Shown here: positions 1-10,985 of the stretch, piece after piece | Layout of the letters: every line of letters begins with the position of its first letter | Numbering within the stretch: position 1 is the stretch's first letter | Assembly (NCBI RefSeq): GCF_963921235.1 | Contig: NC_086124.1 | Coordinates: 27,714,001-27,778,000, forward strand | DNA from: Mobula hypostoma | Taxonomy: Eukaryota | Length of the DNA: 64,000 nt | Reading direction: 5' to 3' | Notes under the pieces: generated by a model | Told to the model about the DNA's origin: nothing | Database searches by the model: none | The model's input: only the letters and a program-made list of their open reading frames with translations | Made by a program: the position numbers and the translations under genes

Positions 1-67
1 CAAAGAAGTGTGTATGTTCTCCCCGTGACCGTGTGGGTTTTCTCCGAAACATTCCTAAAACATACTA

Positions 68-810
68 GGCTGATTTATATTTGTGCGTACCAGCTTACGC
101 CGTAGCCTACGCAAATGGGCTGCGCCGTTGTGAGCATTTATACTTGTGTGTTGGTGTGTCTGTGTCGCTCTGCAATTCACCGCCAAAACGCCTATTGGCG
201 GTGGGGTTTCTATGCCACTGTGTTGAGTTTCTTCGTGTTGAAACTCAACACGAAGAAATTCAAACTTCAAACAATGGCGACCGAAACTGAAGGAGGGTGA
301 ATTTTCTGTGCTTGTCTGGCCACTGAGAGACATGGACGAGGAAATGCATTTCAAATATTTTCGGATGTCGGCAGGTAGATTTGACGATTTGGTTCATCGT
401 CTCCAACCATTTATTTTGCATCAGTGTACGCACAGTATACTCAGAGACTGGCAATCACCATTCCAGTTTTAGCTTCAGGTGAAAGTCAACAGGCTGTAGC
501 AGCTAGCTACAAACTGGCGTCAAGCACAGGGTCCTCCATAATTTCGGAGATCTGTAAAGCTTTATGGAAAGCATTACAGCCAGAGTTCCTTCCCTGCCCT
601 TTAGTCGCCTAATGGGAAGTTATTGCAACGTAGGAGGAAATGCGATGCTACCAAGTGGACCAATCACAGTTGTTGAGGTTTGAGTCACCGCGACGCTTCG
701 TTACATTTTGGGAGAGGTGCGCGTTAGGCTACAGCGTAGGGTTCGGCGTAGAGTATAGCATAGGTACGTCGCTACGTCGTACCTACGGTGTACATTTGAT
801 GCACAAGTAT
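68..810 (+). mobile_element. PIF/Harbinger DNA transposon remnant
   Basis: Terminal GGCTGATTTATA-like end at 68 and a degenerate opposite end (gatgcacaagtat ~798-810). Degenerate transposase peptides [23 protein letters not shown] (from 332) and [33 protein letters not shown] (424-612). Confidence 0.7.
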
Positions 811-1825
811 CTCAAGGTTTATACTTGTTGGGGCTTAGTGAGTTGTGGGCACACTATGTTGGCGATACTGGTGGGCTGCCCCCTGACTATCCTCGGACCG
901 TGTTGATCATTGACGCGTTTCACCATATGTTTGGACGTTATGTGATGAATTGAACTAATCTTTAATTTGTTATGCTTGATCTGTACTGCTGCCACAAAAT
1001 AAACACGTCTCACGATGTATCATTTGTGGCCGCACTGGGAGGTTAGGTTGCAAACGTTATGTCACCAGACGCGGTGACATCATCAGTGCACAACTGAGTG
1101 CTGTTTCTGCGGCGTGTTCGCTTTGCACTGGGTCCCGGCCAGTCGGATAGCTGAGATCCCCGGTTACCGATGGTTGTGAGCGCAGGTTCCTCGGGTGTCT
1201 ATGGCTCGGCCCCTCGGCCGCGATCCCGCAAACGTTCAATATGGTTGTTAATAGAGTCTTCGACTGGTGGCGAGACATTTGTGACCAACCCTCCAGGCTC
1301 GGCGCCAACAATCAGCCAACCCGAGCCACCAATCTTCTTTCAATTTCCTTAATACCCGTGACAACAAACCTGAATCTGGTTCTGAAACTTGTCCCTCCAG
1401 GAGGGGGTGATGTCTCCAGCCTGGTTTGCGTGTGACTGCGAACCCCCCAAAAACGAGGGGTTCAAAATTCCGATTCGGATTAATTTATTAATAAATGTAT
1501 ATGCATATTTAACACGGGTACTGTATATCGAAATGCGTTAACAGGCGACGCACCCTGAGGGTGTGCTGGGGGCAGCCTGCGGGTGTCGCCGTACATTGCG
1601 ACGCCAACATCGCGTGCCCACGATGTTCAGCAGGTCTGGAGAAGATGGAGGCCTTCTTTGGACTTGCAGGTACCAGGCCACCAACTTCCCTAATGGAGAC
1701 ACAGATCCAAGGCTTCCGGCGTGGGAGGGGGGTCTCGACTTCTGGACTTCAACGTGATGGGCCAGAGGGCCTGACAACGCTGTGATGTTCTTTCCCAAGT
1801 AACATTCTGGGTGTTCTGTCTGCAG

Positions 1826-2101
1826 AGTTCGGGCCCATGGCTGAGCACCTGTTCTACAGCCGGGATTCCTCGGACTCGGAGACGACGCTGGATGTCCTCA
1901 GCGTCAATTCCGTTCCCTTTCTCGCCTACCATTACGAGGCGCAGACCTTCGTTATCAACGGGCGGGAGACGGACGGGAGAGCCGAGTTGGGTGAGGCAGA
2001 GGTGAACTACTACCGGCAGAGGGTACACGACTTCCAGACCCATCTCAGAGGCACCCAGGCTGAATTAATAAGGCGCACAGACAACGCCACCATCGGCAAC
2101 A
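1826..2101 (+). CDS. MHC-WA: MHC alpha1 (membrane-distal) domain exon, 276 nt
   Basis: Acceptor ctgtctgcag|AG at 1825/1826 and donor A|gtaagt at 2101/2102, phase 1-1. Reads (E)FGPMAEHLFYSRDSSDSETTLDVLSVNSVPFLAYHYEAQTFVINGRETDGRAELGEAEVNYYRQRVHDFQTHLRGTQAELIRRTDNATIGN. The terminal N-A-T sequon is placed like the class II alpha1 C-terminal glycan. It joins in frame to the C1 exon. Confidence 0.8.
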
Positions 2102-5100
2102 GTAAGTAAACCCCAGGAAGGAGGCCATTGGGTCCATTAGCCTGCCTACTAGCTCTTTCTGATACCTGCTGACAAGGAAAGCAATGTCCATTTCAAACTC
2201 TCTCTTGAGTCAGGCCCTTCAGCCGATCTCCTGATTGAAAGGTCTCGTCCTGAAACGGTGTCTGTTCATTCCCCTCCATAGATGCTGCCTGTCACGCTGA
2301 GTATTTTGCGTTTCCAACACCCACTGTCTGTCCCGTGCCTTCGACCCAACTTGTCTCTGCCGACCAAGATGCCCAGTGAAGCTGGTGTCACTTGCCCGAA
2401 TATGGCCCATCTGCCTCTGCACCAGGGGTTCGCAACCTGGGGTCTGCAGACCACTTGCTTAATAGCATTGGTCCATGGGATAAAAAAGTACAATGAGATC
2501 TAGGTGTCCTTGTTCATCAGTCACTGAAAGCAAGGATGCAGTGTTACGTACCCCGTAACTGGGTTGCCAAACCAGCAGAAATGGATCACTCAGTTGGAGT
2601 CTGGAGTACTAGAACTAAGAAAGTTTTATTAAAGAAACAAGCAACACAGTAATCGAAAGGATAATAAATGCAACAATTCAACAATGATAACCACACATGT
2701 GCACAGAATTAAGATAACAGCATCAATCAAGCTCTATCGTTGTCTAGGGGTAAATGACCAATTTCAAAATGACTCAAAGTTCAGTCCAGTTTAGTAGTTC
2801 AGTTCGCAGTAATCGTTGTCATGGCGATGGACAAGGTGGGGAAGAGAGACATAGAATAGGAACAACTCATCATTCAGCACAGCTTCACTCACAGACCAGC
2901 GGGATGGCTCACAAACAGCATTTGGGCGGGTCCTTGGTGATGTCACCTGAGGTCACCGACTGTGACCCCTCCTCCAGATGCGGTCGATCCTCTGCAGTGA
3001 ACCCGGCACCCAGGCAAGGGCGGACACACACCGGGTTCCCGCTGATCGTACCTTTCCACCCTTGTCGTTGTCTGGCACTTCTCACCCACTCGTGAGAAGC
3101 GCACCGCTTCCAGGGTCTCGTTACCTCGGGTGGCGTGTGTGTCTGTCTTAGCGAACCTGTCCCTTTTTATACCCCTGCTGGGGTATCGCCTGTCCATCAC
3201 TTCAAACAGTTCAGGGTTTAAAGGGGGGAGCCGCTCCAGACAGCTCTTCCTCCCACATCCCTTCATTACACATCTCCAGACGCTGCTCCATTGTTCCTTA
3301 TCTCTCCTTCCCCTGAGGGCAGGTGGCAGACCAACTGCTGATGCCACTGATGCTAGCCCAGGCCAGCAAACATCTTAATTTTATGTGTATTCTCGTAACA
3401 GCAGATACAGCAGGCAGTGAAGAAAGCTAATGGCATGCTGGCCTTCATACCAAGGGGAATTGAGTAGAGGAGCAAAGAGGTCCTTCTGCAGTTGTACAGG
3501 GCCCTGGTGAGACCCCACCTGGAGTATTGTGCACAGTTTTGGTCTCCAGATTTGAGGAAGGGCATTCTAGCTATTGAGGGAGTGCAGCGTAGGTTCATGA
3601 GGTTATTTCCCGGGATGGTGGGACTGTCATATGTTGAGAGATTGGAGCGACTGGGCTTGTATACACTGGAATTTAGAAGGATGAGAGGGGTTCTGATTGA
3701 AACATATAAGATTATTAAGGGATTGGACATGCTGGAGGCAGGAAGCATGTTCCCGATGTTGGGGGCGTCCAGAACCAGAGGCCACAGTTTAAGAATAAGG
3801 GGTAGACAATTTAGAACGGAGTTGAGGAAAAATTTTTTCACACAGAGGGTTGTGGATCTGTGGAATGCTCTGCCTCAGAAGGCAGTGGAGGCCAATTATC
3901 TGGATTCTTTCAAGAAAGAGTTAGATAGAGCTCTTAAAGATAGCAGAGTCAAGGGATATGGGGAGAAGGCAGGAAAAGGTACTGATTGTGGATGATCAGC
4001 CATGATCACAGTGAAGGGCGATGCTGGCTTGAAGGGCTGAATGGCCTACTCCTGCACCTGTTGTCTATTGTAAAATGGCGTCTTCTGAAACTTTCCTATC
4101 AACTGCCTTTCCTATCCAAGCTGTCTCGGTGTCTGCCTCTGGCAGCTCATTGCAGACATGGACACATACATAGGTGAAAAAGTAACCTCTCAGGTTCACA
4201 CACACACACACTGCCGGAGGCCAGGATTGAACCTGAGTCTCCAGGGTTATGAAGCAGCCGCTCCACCCACTGCTCGACGACGCCGTTCCACCAAAAGTGA
4301 GTCTACCGACATTATCCTCCATCCACCCTTATGTTTGCCCTTTAGCTGAATCTTCCCATTTCCCTTCCCAGACACCCGTTTCCCGGAACTTCGCGGGCAA
4401 ATTCATTTGCGCTCAGGACAAACCAGTGACCTTTGACCTGTTCATGGTGACCGTTGCTCCGTGTCCCAGAGAAACCCACCGTCCACATCTACACGGAAGA
4501 TGACTATGCTCCAGAGAAGTCGAACACCCTGTACTGTTACACTGAGAACTTCTACCCTTTCGAGATCGAGCTCAGCTTCCTGATCAATGGGCAGCCGTTC
4601 ACCGGGCCTGTCCGATCATCGCAGCTGGTGGTGGAGTCAGACTGGACCTTCAACGTCTACAAATACATTGGGATCGAGCCAAAGGACGGGGACACATTCA
4701 GCTGTCGGGCAGCACACGTCAGCCTTGAGGAAGGGCTGACTGTCTCACTCGGTATGTTGGCTGGGAAAGCGGCAGGGAGAGAATACCATGGGTCACGTGT
4801 CCAAAACCAAGGTTTCTGTTATGGAGCAAAGCTGTAAACATCAAGGCCTCTCAATCCTGACATCCTTACAGTCCGCTAGATTTTATCAACATTGCTGAGA
4901 CCCCTGAAATCCTGATACAAGTTCAAAGATCCTGGCACTACTGACACACTCCTTGGGACCCCCTATAAATACCGACACTCTCCCCAGGACACCCCGTAAA
5001 TACCAACATACTTCCCGGGACCCCCTGTAAATACTGACACACTCCCCGGGACCCCCTGTAAATAGCGACAAACTCCCCAGGACACCCCGTAAATACTAAC

Positions 5101-7708
5101 GCACTCCTCAGGACCCCCTATAAATACCAACACACTCCCCGGGACCCCCTGTAAATACTGACACACTCCCCGGGACCCTTTGTAAATATTGACACACTCC
5201 CCGGGACCCCCTGTAAATACTAACACACTCCCCGGGACCCATTGTAAATATTGACACACTCCCCGGGACCCTCTGTAAATACTGACGCACTCCCCGGGAC
5301 CTCCTGTAAATCCAGACACACTCCCCGGGACCCCCTGTAAATACCGACACACTCCCCGGGACCCCCTGTAAATACCGACACACTCCCCGGGACCCCCTGG
5401 AAATACCGACACACTCCCCGGGACCCCCTGGAAATACCGACATACTCCCCGGGACCCCCTGTAAATACTGACACACTCCCCGAGACCCCCTGTAAATACT
5501 GACACACTCCCCGGGACCCCCTGTAAATACCGACACACTCCTCAGGACCCCCTGTAAATACCGACACGTTCCCCGGGACCCCCTGGAAATACCGACACAC
5601 TCCCCGGGACCCTCTGGAAATACCGACACACTCCCCGGGACCCCCTGTAAATACTGACACACTCCCTGGGACCCCCTGTAAATACTGACACACTCCCCGA
5701 GACCCCCTGTAAATACTGACACTCCCCGGGACCCCCTGTAAATACTGACACACTCCCCGGGACCCACTGTAAATACCGACACACTCCTCAGGACCCACTG
5801 TAAATACTGACACACTCCCCGGGACCCCCTGTAAATACCGACACACTCCCCACGACCCCCTGTAAATACTGACACACTCCCTGAGACCCCCTGTAAATAC
5901 AGACACACTCCACGGGATCCCCTGTAAATACTGACACACTCCCCGGGACCTCCTGTAAATACTGACACACTCCCCGGGACCCCCTGTAAATACTGACACA
6001 CTCCCCGAGACCCCCTGTAAATACCGACACGCTCCCCGGGACCCCCTGTAAATACCGACACGCTCCCCGGGACCCCCTGTAAATACTGACACACTCCCCG
6101 GGACCCCCTGTAAATACTGACACACTCCCCGAGACCCCCTGTAAATACAGACACACTCCCCGGGACCCCCTGTAAATACTGACACACTCCCTGGGACCCC
6201 CTGTAAATACTGACACACTCCACAGACCCCCTGTAAATACTGACACTCCCCGGGACCCCCTGTAAATACTGACACACTCCCCGGGACCCCCTGTAAATAC
6301 CGACACACTCCCCAGGACCCCCTGTAAATACCGACACACTCCTCAGGACCCACTGTAAATACTGACACACTCCCCGGGACCCCCTGTAAATACCGACACA
6401 CTCCCCGCGACCCCCTGTAAATACCGACACACTCCCCGGGACCCTCTGGAAATACCGACACACTCCCCGGGACCCCCTGTAAATACTGACACACTCCCTG
6501 GGACCCCCTGTAAATACTGACACACTCCCCGAGACCCCCTGTAAATACTGACACTCCCCGGGACCCCCTGTAAATACTGACACACTCCCCGGGACCCACT
6601 GTAAATACCGACACACTCCTCAGGACCCACTGTAAATACTGACACACTCCCCGGGACCCCCTGTAAATACCGACACACTCCCCACGACCCCCTGTAAATA
6701 CTGACACACTCCCTGAGACCCCCTGTAAATACAGACACACTCCACGGGATCCCCTGTAAATACAGACACACTCCACGGGATCCCCTGTAAATACTGACAC
6801 ACTCCCTGGGACCTCCTGTAAATACTGACACACTCCCCGGGACCCCCTGTAAATACTGACACACTCCCCGAGACCCCCTGTAAATACCGACACGCTGCCC
6901 GGGACCCCCTGTAAATACCGACACGCTCCCCGGGACCCCCCTGTAAATACTGACACACTCCCCAGGACACCCTGTAAATACTGACACACTCCCCGAGACC
7001 CCCTGTAAATACAGACACACTCCCCGGGACCCCCTGTAAATACTGACACACTCCCTGGGACCCCCTGTAAATACTGACACACTCCCCGAGACCCCCTGTA
7101 AATACTGACACTCCCCGGGACCCCCTGTAAATACTGACACACTCCCCGGGACCCCCTGTAAATACCGACACACTCCCCAGGACCCCCTGTAAATACCGAC
7201 ACACTCCTCAGGACCCCCTGTAAATACCGACACACTCCCTGAGACCCCCTGTAAATACAGACACACTCCACGGGATCCCCTGTAAATACTGACACACTCC
7301 CTGGGACCCCCTGTAAAAACTGACACACTCCCCAGGACCCCCTGTAAATACCGACACACTCCCCGGAGAGCCCCTGTAAGTAATCCCACACTCCTGGATA
7401 TCACTGAAGGCCGGTGAGTGCGATGGACTGGCCTGCATTTACAACTCTCTACAGTTTCTTGGTGTCACAGGCACAACAGCTGATGTACCAAGCCAAGATG
7501 TTTCTGGTTACACTGCTTTTAATGGTGCATTGTTAAAAATTGATGAGAGTCATTGGGGGCCTGTTAAATTTCATCCTAGCTTTATCCCACAGATCTCCCT
7601 CCTCCGATGCCCACATCCGGGATTATTGTCTGTGCAGTCGGAGTCATAGTGGGAATTATCGGGTTGCTGGTAACACTGTACCTGGGCAGGGCGATACACA
7701 AAAGGTGA
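1826..7708 (+). CDS. MHC-WA: MHC W-category-like alpha chain gene (5'-partial): join(1826..2101,4470..4751,7593..7708)
   Basis: Three open exons with canonical AG/GT sites, joined in phase 1, in the order alpha1 - C1 domain - CP/TM/CY. Class II alpha architecture with beta2m-like residues in alpha2. Leader exon not found in the window. Confidence 0.82.
2542..3400 (-). mobile_element. Solo LTR inserted into a CR1 fragment in the alpha1-alpha2 intron
   Basis: TGTTACG...CGTAACA inverted termini and 4-bp TSD GCAG (2538-2541, 3401-3404). TATAAAAA (3164-3171) and AATAAA (2625-2630) on the - strand. Homologous to 51042-51879. Confidence 0.85.
3405..4068 (+). mobile_element. CR1 LINE 3' fragment (RT C-terminal region and 3' end); continues 5' of the LTR at ~2490-2541
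   Basis: ORF 3492-3995 YRALVRPHLEYCAQFWSP...GHSLRI...RKNFFTQRVV is typical CR1 ORF2 C-terminus. It is interrupted by the solo LTR. Confidence 0.88.
4470..4751 (+). CDS. MHC-WA: MHC alpha2 Ig C1-set domain exon, 282 nt, beta2m-like
   Basis: Acceptor gtgtcccag|AG and donor G|gtatgt, phase 1-1. Reads (K)KPTVHIYTEDDYAPEKSNTLYCYTENFYPFEIELSFLINGQPFTGPVRSSQLVVESDWTFNVYKYIGIEPKDGDTFSCRAAHVSLEEGLTVSL. Has the C1-set Cys pair, FYP, NG and CxxxHxSL motifs, plus the beta2m-type DWxF motif. Confidence 0.92.
4950..7378. repeat. 31-bp GC-rich minisatellite (CCCCGGGACCCCCTGTAAATACTGACACACT), ~2.4 kb, in the alpha2-TM intron
   Basis: Direct reading of tandem units, with occasional 29-bp variants. The 31-aa periodicity of the - strand ORFs equals three 31-nt units. 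Confidence 0.95.
7593..7708 (+). CDS. MHC-WA: Connecting peptide / transmembrane / cytoplasmic exon of class II alpha type
   Basis: Acceptor tttatcccacag|AT, phase 1. Reads (D)LPPPMPTSGIIVCAVGVIVGIIGLLVTLYLGRAIHKR*. The C-x-x-G-x-x-x-G-x-x-G motif matches class II alpha transmembrane segments. Stop TGA at 7706-7708 overlaps a possible donor AG|gtgaga. Confidence 0.87.
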
Positions 7709-7759
7709 GAACTTCCTTCGTCTCTGTGACCGATCCACCCCCTCGTTTCCCAAACAGAA

Positions 7760-9540
7760 CATAGAACACAGGCCACTACATCACAGTACAGGCCATTTGG
7801 CCCACTATGTTGTACTAACCCTTTAACCAACTACAAGATAAATCTGCTATAGAGCTCCAGTTTTCTATCACTCGTGTGCTTATAGCGTCATGGGAAAGTA
7901 CAGCACAGAAACAGGTCCTTCGGCCCATCTAGTCCATGCCCAATCATTTAAACTGCCTACTCTCATTGATCTGCACCAGGACCACACCCCTCCATACCCC
8001 TCCCATCCATGTATGTATCCAAACTTCTCATAAACGTTGAAATCAAGCTTGCATGCACCATTTGCACTGGCAGCTCGTTCCACACTCTCACCACCCTCTG
8101 AGTGAAGAAGTTTCCCCATAAACTTTTCACATTTCACCCTTAACCCATGACCTCTATTTGTCATAGAAACATAGAAAACCTACAGCACAATACAGGCCCT
8201 TCAGCCCACAAAGCTGTGCTGAACATGCCCTTACCTTAGAAATTACCTAGCGTTACCCCTAGCCCTCTATTTTTCTGAGATCCATGTACCTGTCCAGGAA
8301 TCTCTTAAAATTCTGTATCATAGCCACTTCCACCACCGTCTCTGGCAGCCCATTCCATGCACTCACCACTCTCTGCGTAAAGAAAACTTACCCCGACATC
8401 TCCTCTGTACCTACTTCCAAGCACCTTGAAACTGTGCCCTCTCATGCTAGCCATTTCAGCCCTGGGAAAAGGCCTCTGACTATCCACACGATCAATGCCT
8501 CAGATCATCTTATATACCTCTATCAGGTCACCTCTCGTCCTCCATCACTCCAAGGAAAAAAGGCCACGTTCACTCAACCTGTTCTCATAAGTCATGCTCC
8601 CCAATCCAGGCAACATCCTTGTAAATCTCCTCTGCACCCTTTCTATGGTTTCCACATCCTTCCTGTAGTGAGGTGACCAGAACTGAGCACAGTACTCCAA
8701 GTGGGGTCTGACCAGGATCCTATATAGCTGCAACATTACCTCTCGGCTCTCAAACTCAATCCCACGATTGATGACGGTCAATGCACCGTATGCCTTCTTA
8801 ACCACAGAGTCAATGTGTGCAGCAGCTTTGAGTGTCTTATGGACTTGGACCTCAAGATCCCTCTGATCCTCCACACTGCCAAGAGTCTTACCATTAATAC
8901 TGTATTCTGTCATCATATTTGACCTACCAAAAGGAACCACCTCACACTTATCTGGGTTGATCTCCATCTGCCACTTCTCAGCCCATTTTTTCATCCTATC
9001 AATGTCCCGCTGTGACCTCTGACAGCCCTCCAGACTATCCAGAACACCTCCAACCTTCGTGTCATCAACAAATTTACTAAACCATCCCTCCAATTCCTCA
9101 TCCAGGTCATTTATAAAAATCACGAAGAGTAAGGGTCCCAGAACAGATTCCTGAGGCACACGACTGGTCACCAGCCTCCATGCAGAATATGACCCCTCTA
9201 CAACCACTCTTTGATTTCTGTGAGCAAGCCAGTTCTGGATCCACAAAGCAATGTCCCCTTGGATCCCATGCCTCCTTACTTTCTCAATAAGCCTTGCATG
9301 GGGTACCTTATCAAATGCCTTGCTGAAATCCATATACACTATATCTGCTGCTATACCTTCATCAATGTGTTTAGTCACATCTTCAAAAAATTCAATCAGG
9401 CTCGTAAGGAATGACCTGCCTTTCACAAAGCCATTCTGACTATTCCTAATCATATTATGCCTCTCCAAGTGTTCATAAATCCTGCCTCTCAGGATCTTCT
9501 CCATCAACTTACCAGCTACTGAAGTAAGACACTCTATAAT
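7760..9540 (-). mobile_element. CR1 LINE fragments (RT domain plus stacked 3' ends)
   Basis: ORF 8545-9597 contains QNGFVKGRS, YMDFSKAFDKVPH, VPQESVLGPLLF and KFVDDTK. CR1 (catagaaa)n-type tails lie at ~8160 and ~7760. Confidence 0.9.
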
Positions 9541-10619
9541 TTCCTGGGCTATCTCTACTCCCTTACTATGCCCCATCATAATTTTGTATGCCTCCATCTG
9601 CTTAATCCTTTATGTTCTAGGGAATAAAGTTCTAAGCTATTAAATATTTCCTTATAACCAAAGTCCTCAAGTCCTGGCAACATCTTTATAAATTTTCTCT
9701 GTACTATTTTTAATTTTATTTACATCTATCCTGTAGGTAGGTGACCAGAACTGCACACAATACTCCAAAATCACCTCTAGCTACAATGGCGCTACTGAGG
9801 TTGGGTGACAACTTACTGGTGGTTCATAAAGCAAGAAATATGACTAAATACTTTATTAATAACACTTTCTGTGGTACATTGTGGGAAACTCTCACTGCCA
9901 ATGATGAGGAGGCGAGCGAAGACGAGGCTGACTCGAGGGTCGAGGCATGCGGGTGCGATGCAAAGTCAGAGTGAGGTATGGTCGAGGAGAAGAGGTCAGA
10001 GCAAGGTCAAAGCATGTTCAAGATGGAGTCGGAGCGAGTAAATTGGAGAAAAGTCAGAGCGGAGGAATTTTGGAGCACGTCCACCTAAACTGGGATTGCG
10101 GTCTGCTCACTCAAAGTGCCGAGCTGATTTGGAAAGGTCGAGTGTGGGATGGAACGTGATGGCAGGGTCCGGGCTCGAAGTGTATCTATGCAGCGGGGCC
10201 CGGGTCCTGGTGCGGGGTATGACCTAGTGTTTGGACAATTTAAATGCCAGCCCAGATGGACTGAAAAGGCAGGGGGTTGGGACTGTGCTGATTGTGCCCG
10301 CTGTTTAATTTGCTCCCTGTGGCACTGAATGTGAGACAGCTCCGGGCTTCGAGTCTGTGACCTTTGCGATAGTTTGCCTGGCTGTGTGATGAACTGAGAT
10401 TGAGGCCGTGGGCCTGTTCCGGCTGTTCTGTGTCCTTTGACTCAATTTCAATCTGAATACCATTGCTTCTTATTGTTAGAACGAGTTTCTTTCTCTATGC
10501 ATTGGGCGTTTGTACTTTTAAAAAAATTGGATTCTTTCATGTTTCTTGTTTTGTGGCTGCCAGTAAGCAGACGAGTCTCTAGGTTGTACAATTTATATGT
10601 ACTTTGATATTAAATTAAA

Positions 10620-10985
10620 AATACTTTGAACTTTGAAATTAGCCTCACCAATGTCTTATACAACACAACATCCCAACTCCTGTACTCAAAACTTAGATCT
10701 ATGAAGGCCAATGTACCAAAATCTTTCTTAACGATCCTGTCTATCTGTGCCATTACTTTCAATGAATTATGGACCTGTATTCCCAGATCCCTTTGTTCTA
10801 CCACACTCCTCAGTGCCCTATCACTCACTGTGTAAGACCTACCCTGGCTGGTCCTCCCAAAGTGCAGCACCTCATAATAGTTTACATTAAATTCCATCTG
10901 CCATTTTTCAGTCCATTTTTTCCAGCTGGTCTGCAACCTGCTGCAATCTTTGGCAGTCTTCCTCACTGCCCACTACACCACCAAT
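10620..10985 (-). mobile_element. CR1 LINE fragment
   Basis: KWQMEFN..EVLHFGR...EQRDLGIQVHNSLK peptide. Confidence 0.8.

Noticed and set aside
1057-1311. Minus-strand MSRHQSKTLLTTILNVCGIAAE as a WB leader
   Set aside because: Weak hydrophobic core and no phase-1 donor after it.
1642-1668. Possible leader exon MEAFFGLA(G) with phase-1 donor cag|gtacca
   Set aside because: Only 8 codons, too short for a signal peptide, and it lies in sequence resembling a dispersed repeat (similar to ~52480-52740).
4470-4751. Interpretation as beta2-microglobulin or as a classical MHC class II alpha
   Set aside because: Beta2m has no alpha1 or TM exon, and both are present in phase here. Classical class II alpha2 keeps the C-strand Trp and lacks the DWxF Trp.
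4963-7438. Long minus-strand ORFs (up to 723 aa) rich in G/V/C/Y
   Set aside because: They are translations of the 31-bp minisatellite, whose reverse complement lacks stop codons. All three frames give the same 31-aa period.
7705-7757. 53-nt mini-intron after the TM exon giving tail HKRT*
   Set aside because: Shorter than typical vertebrate introns, and the downstream sequence is a CR1 tail.
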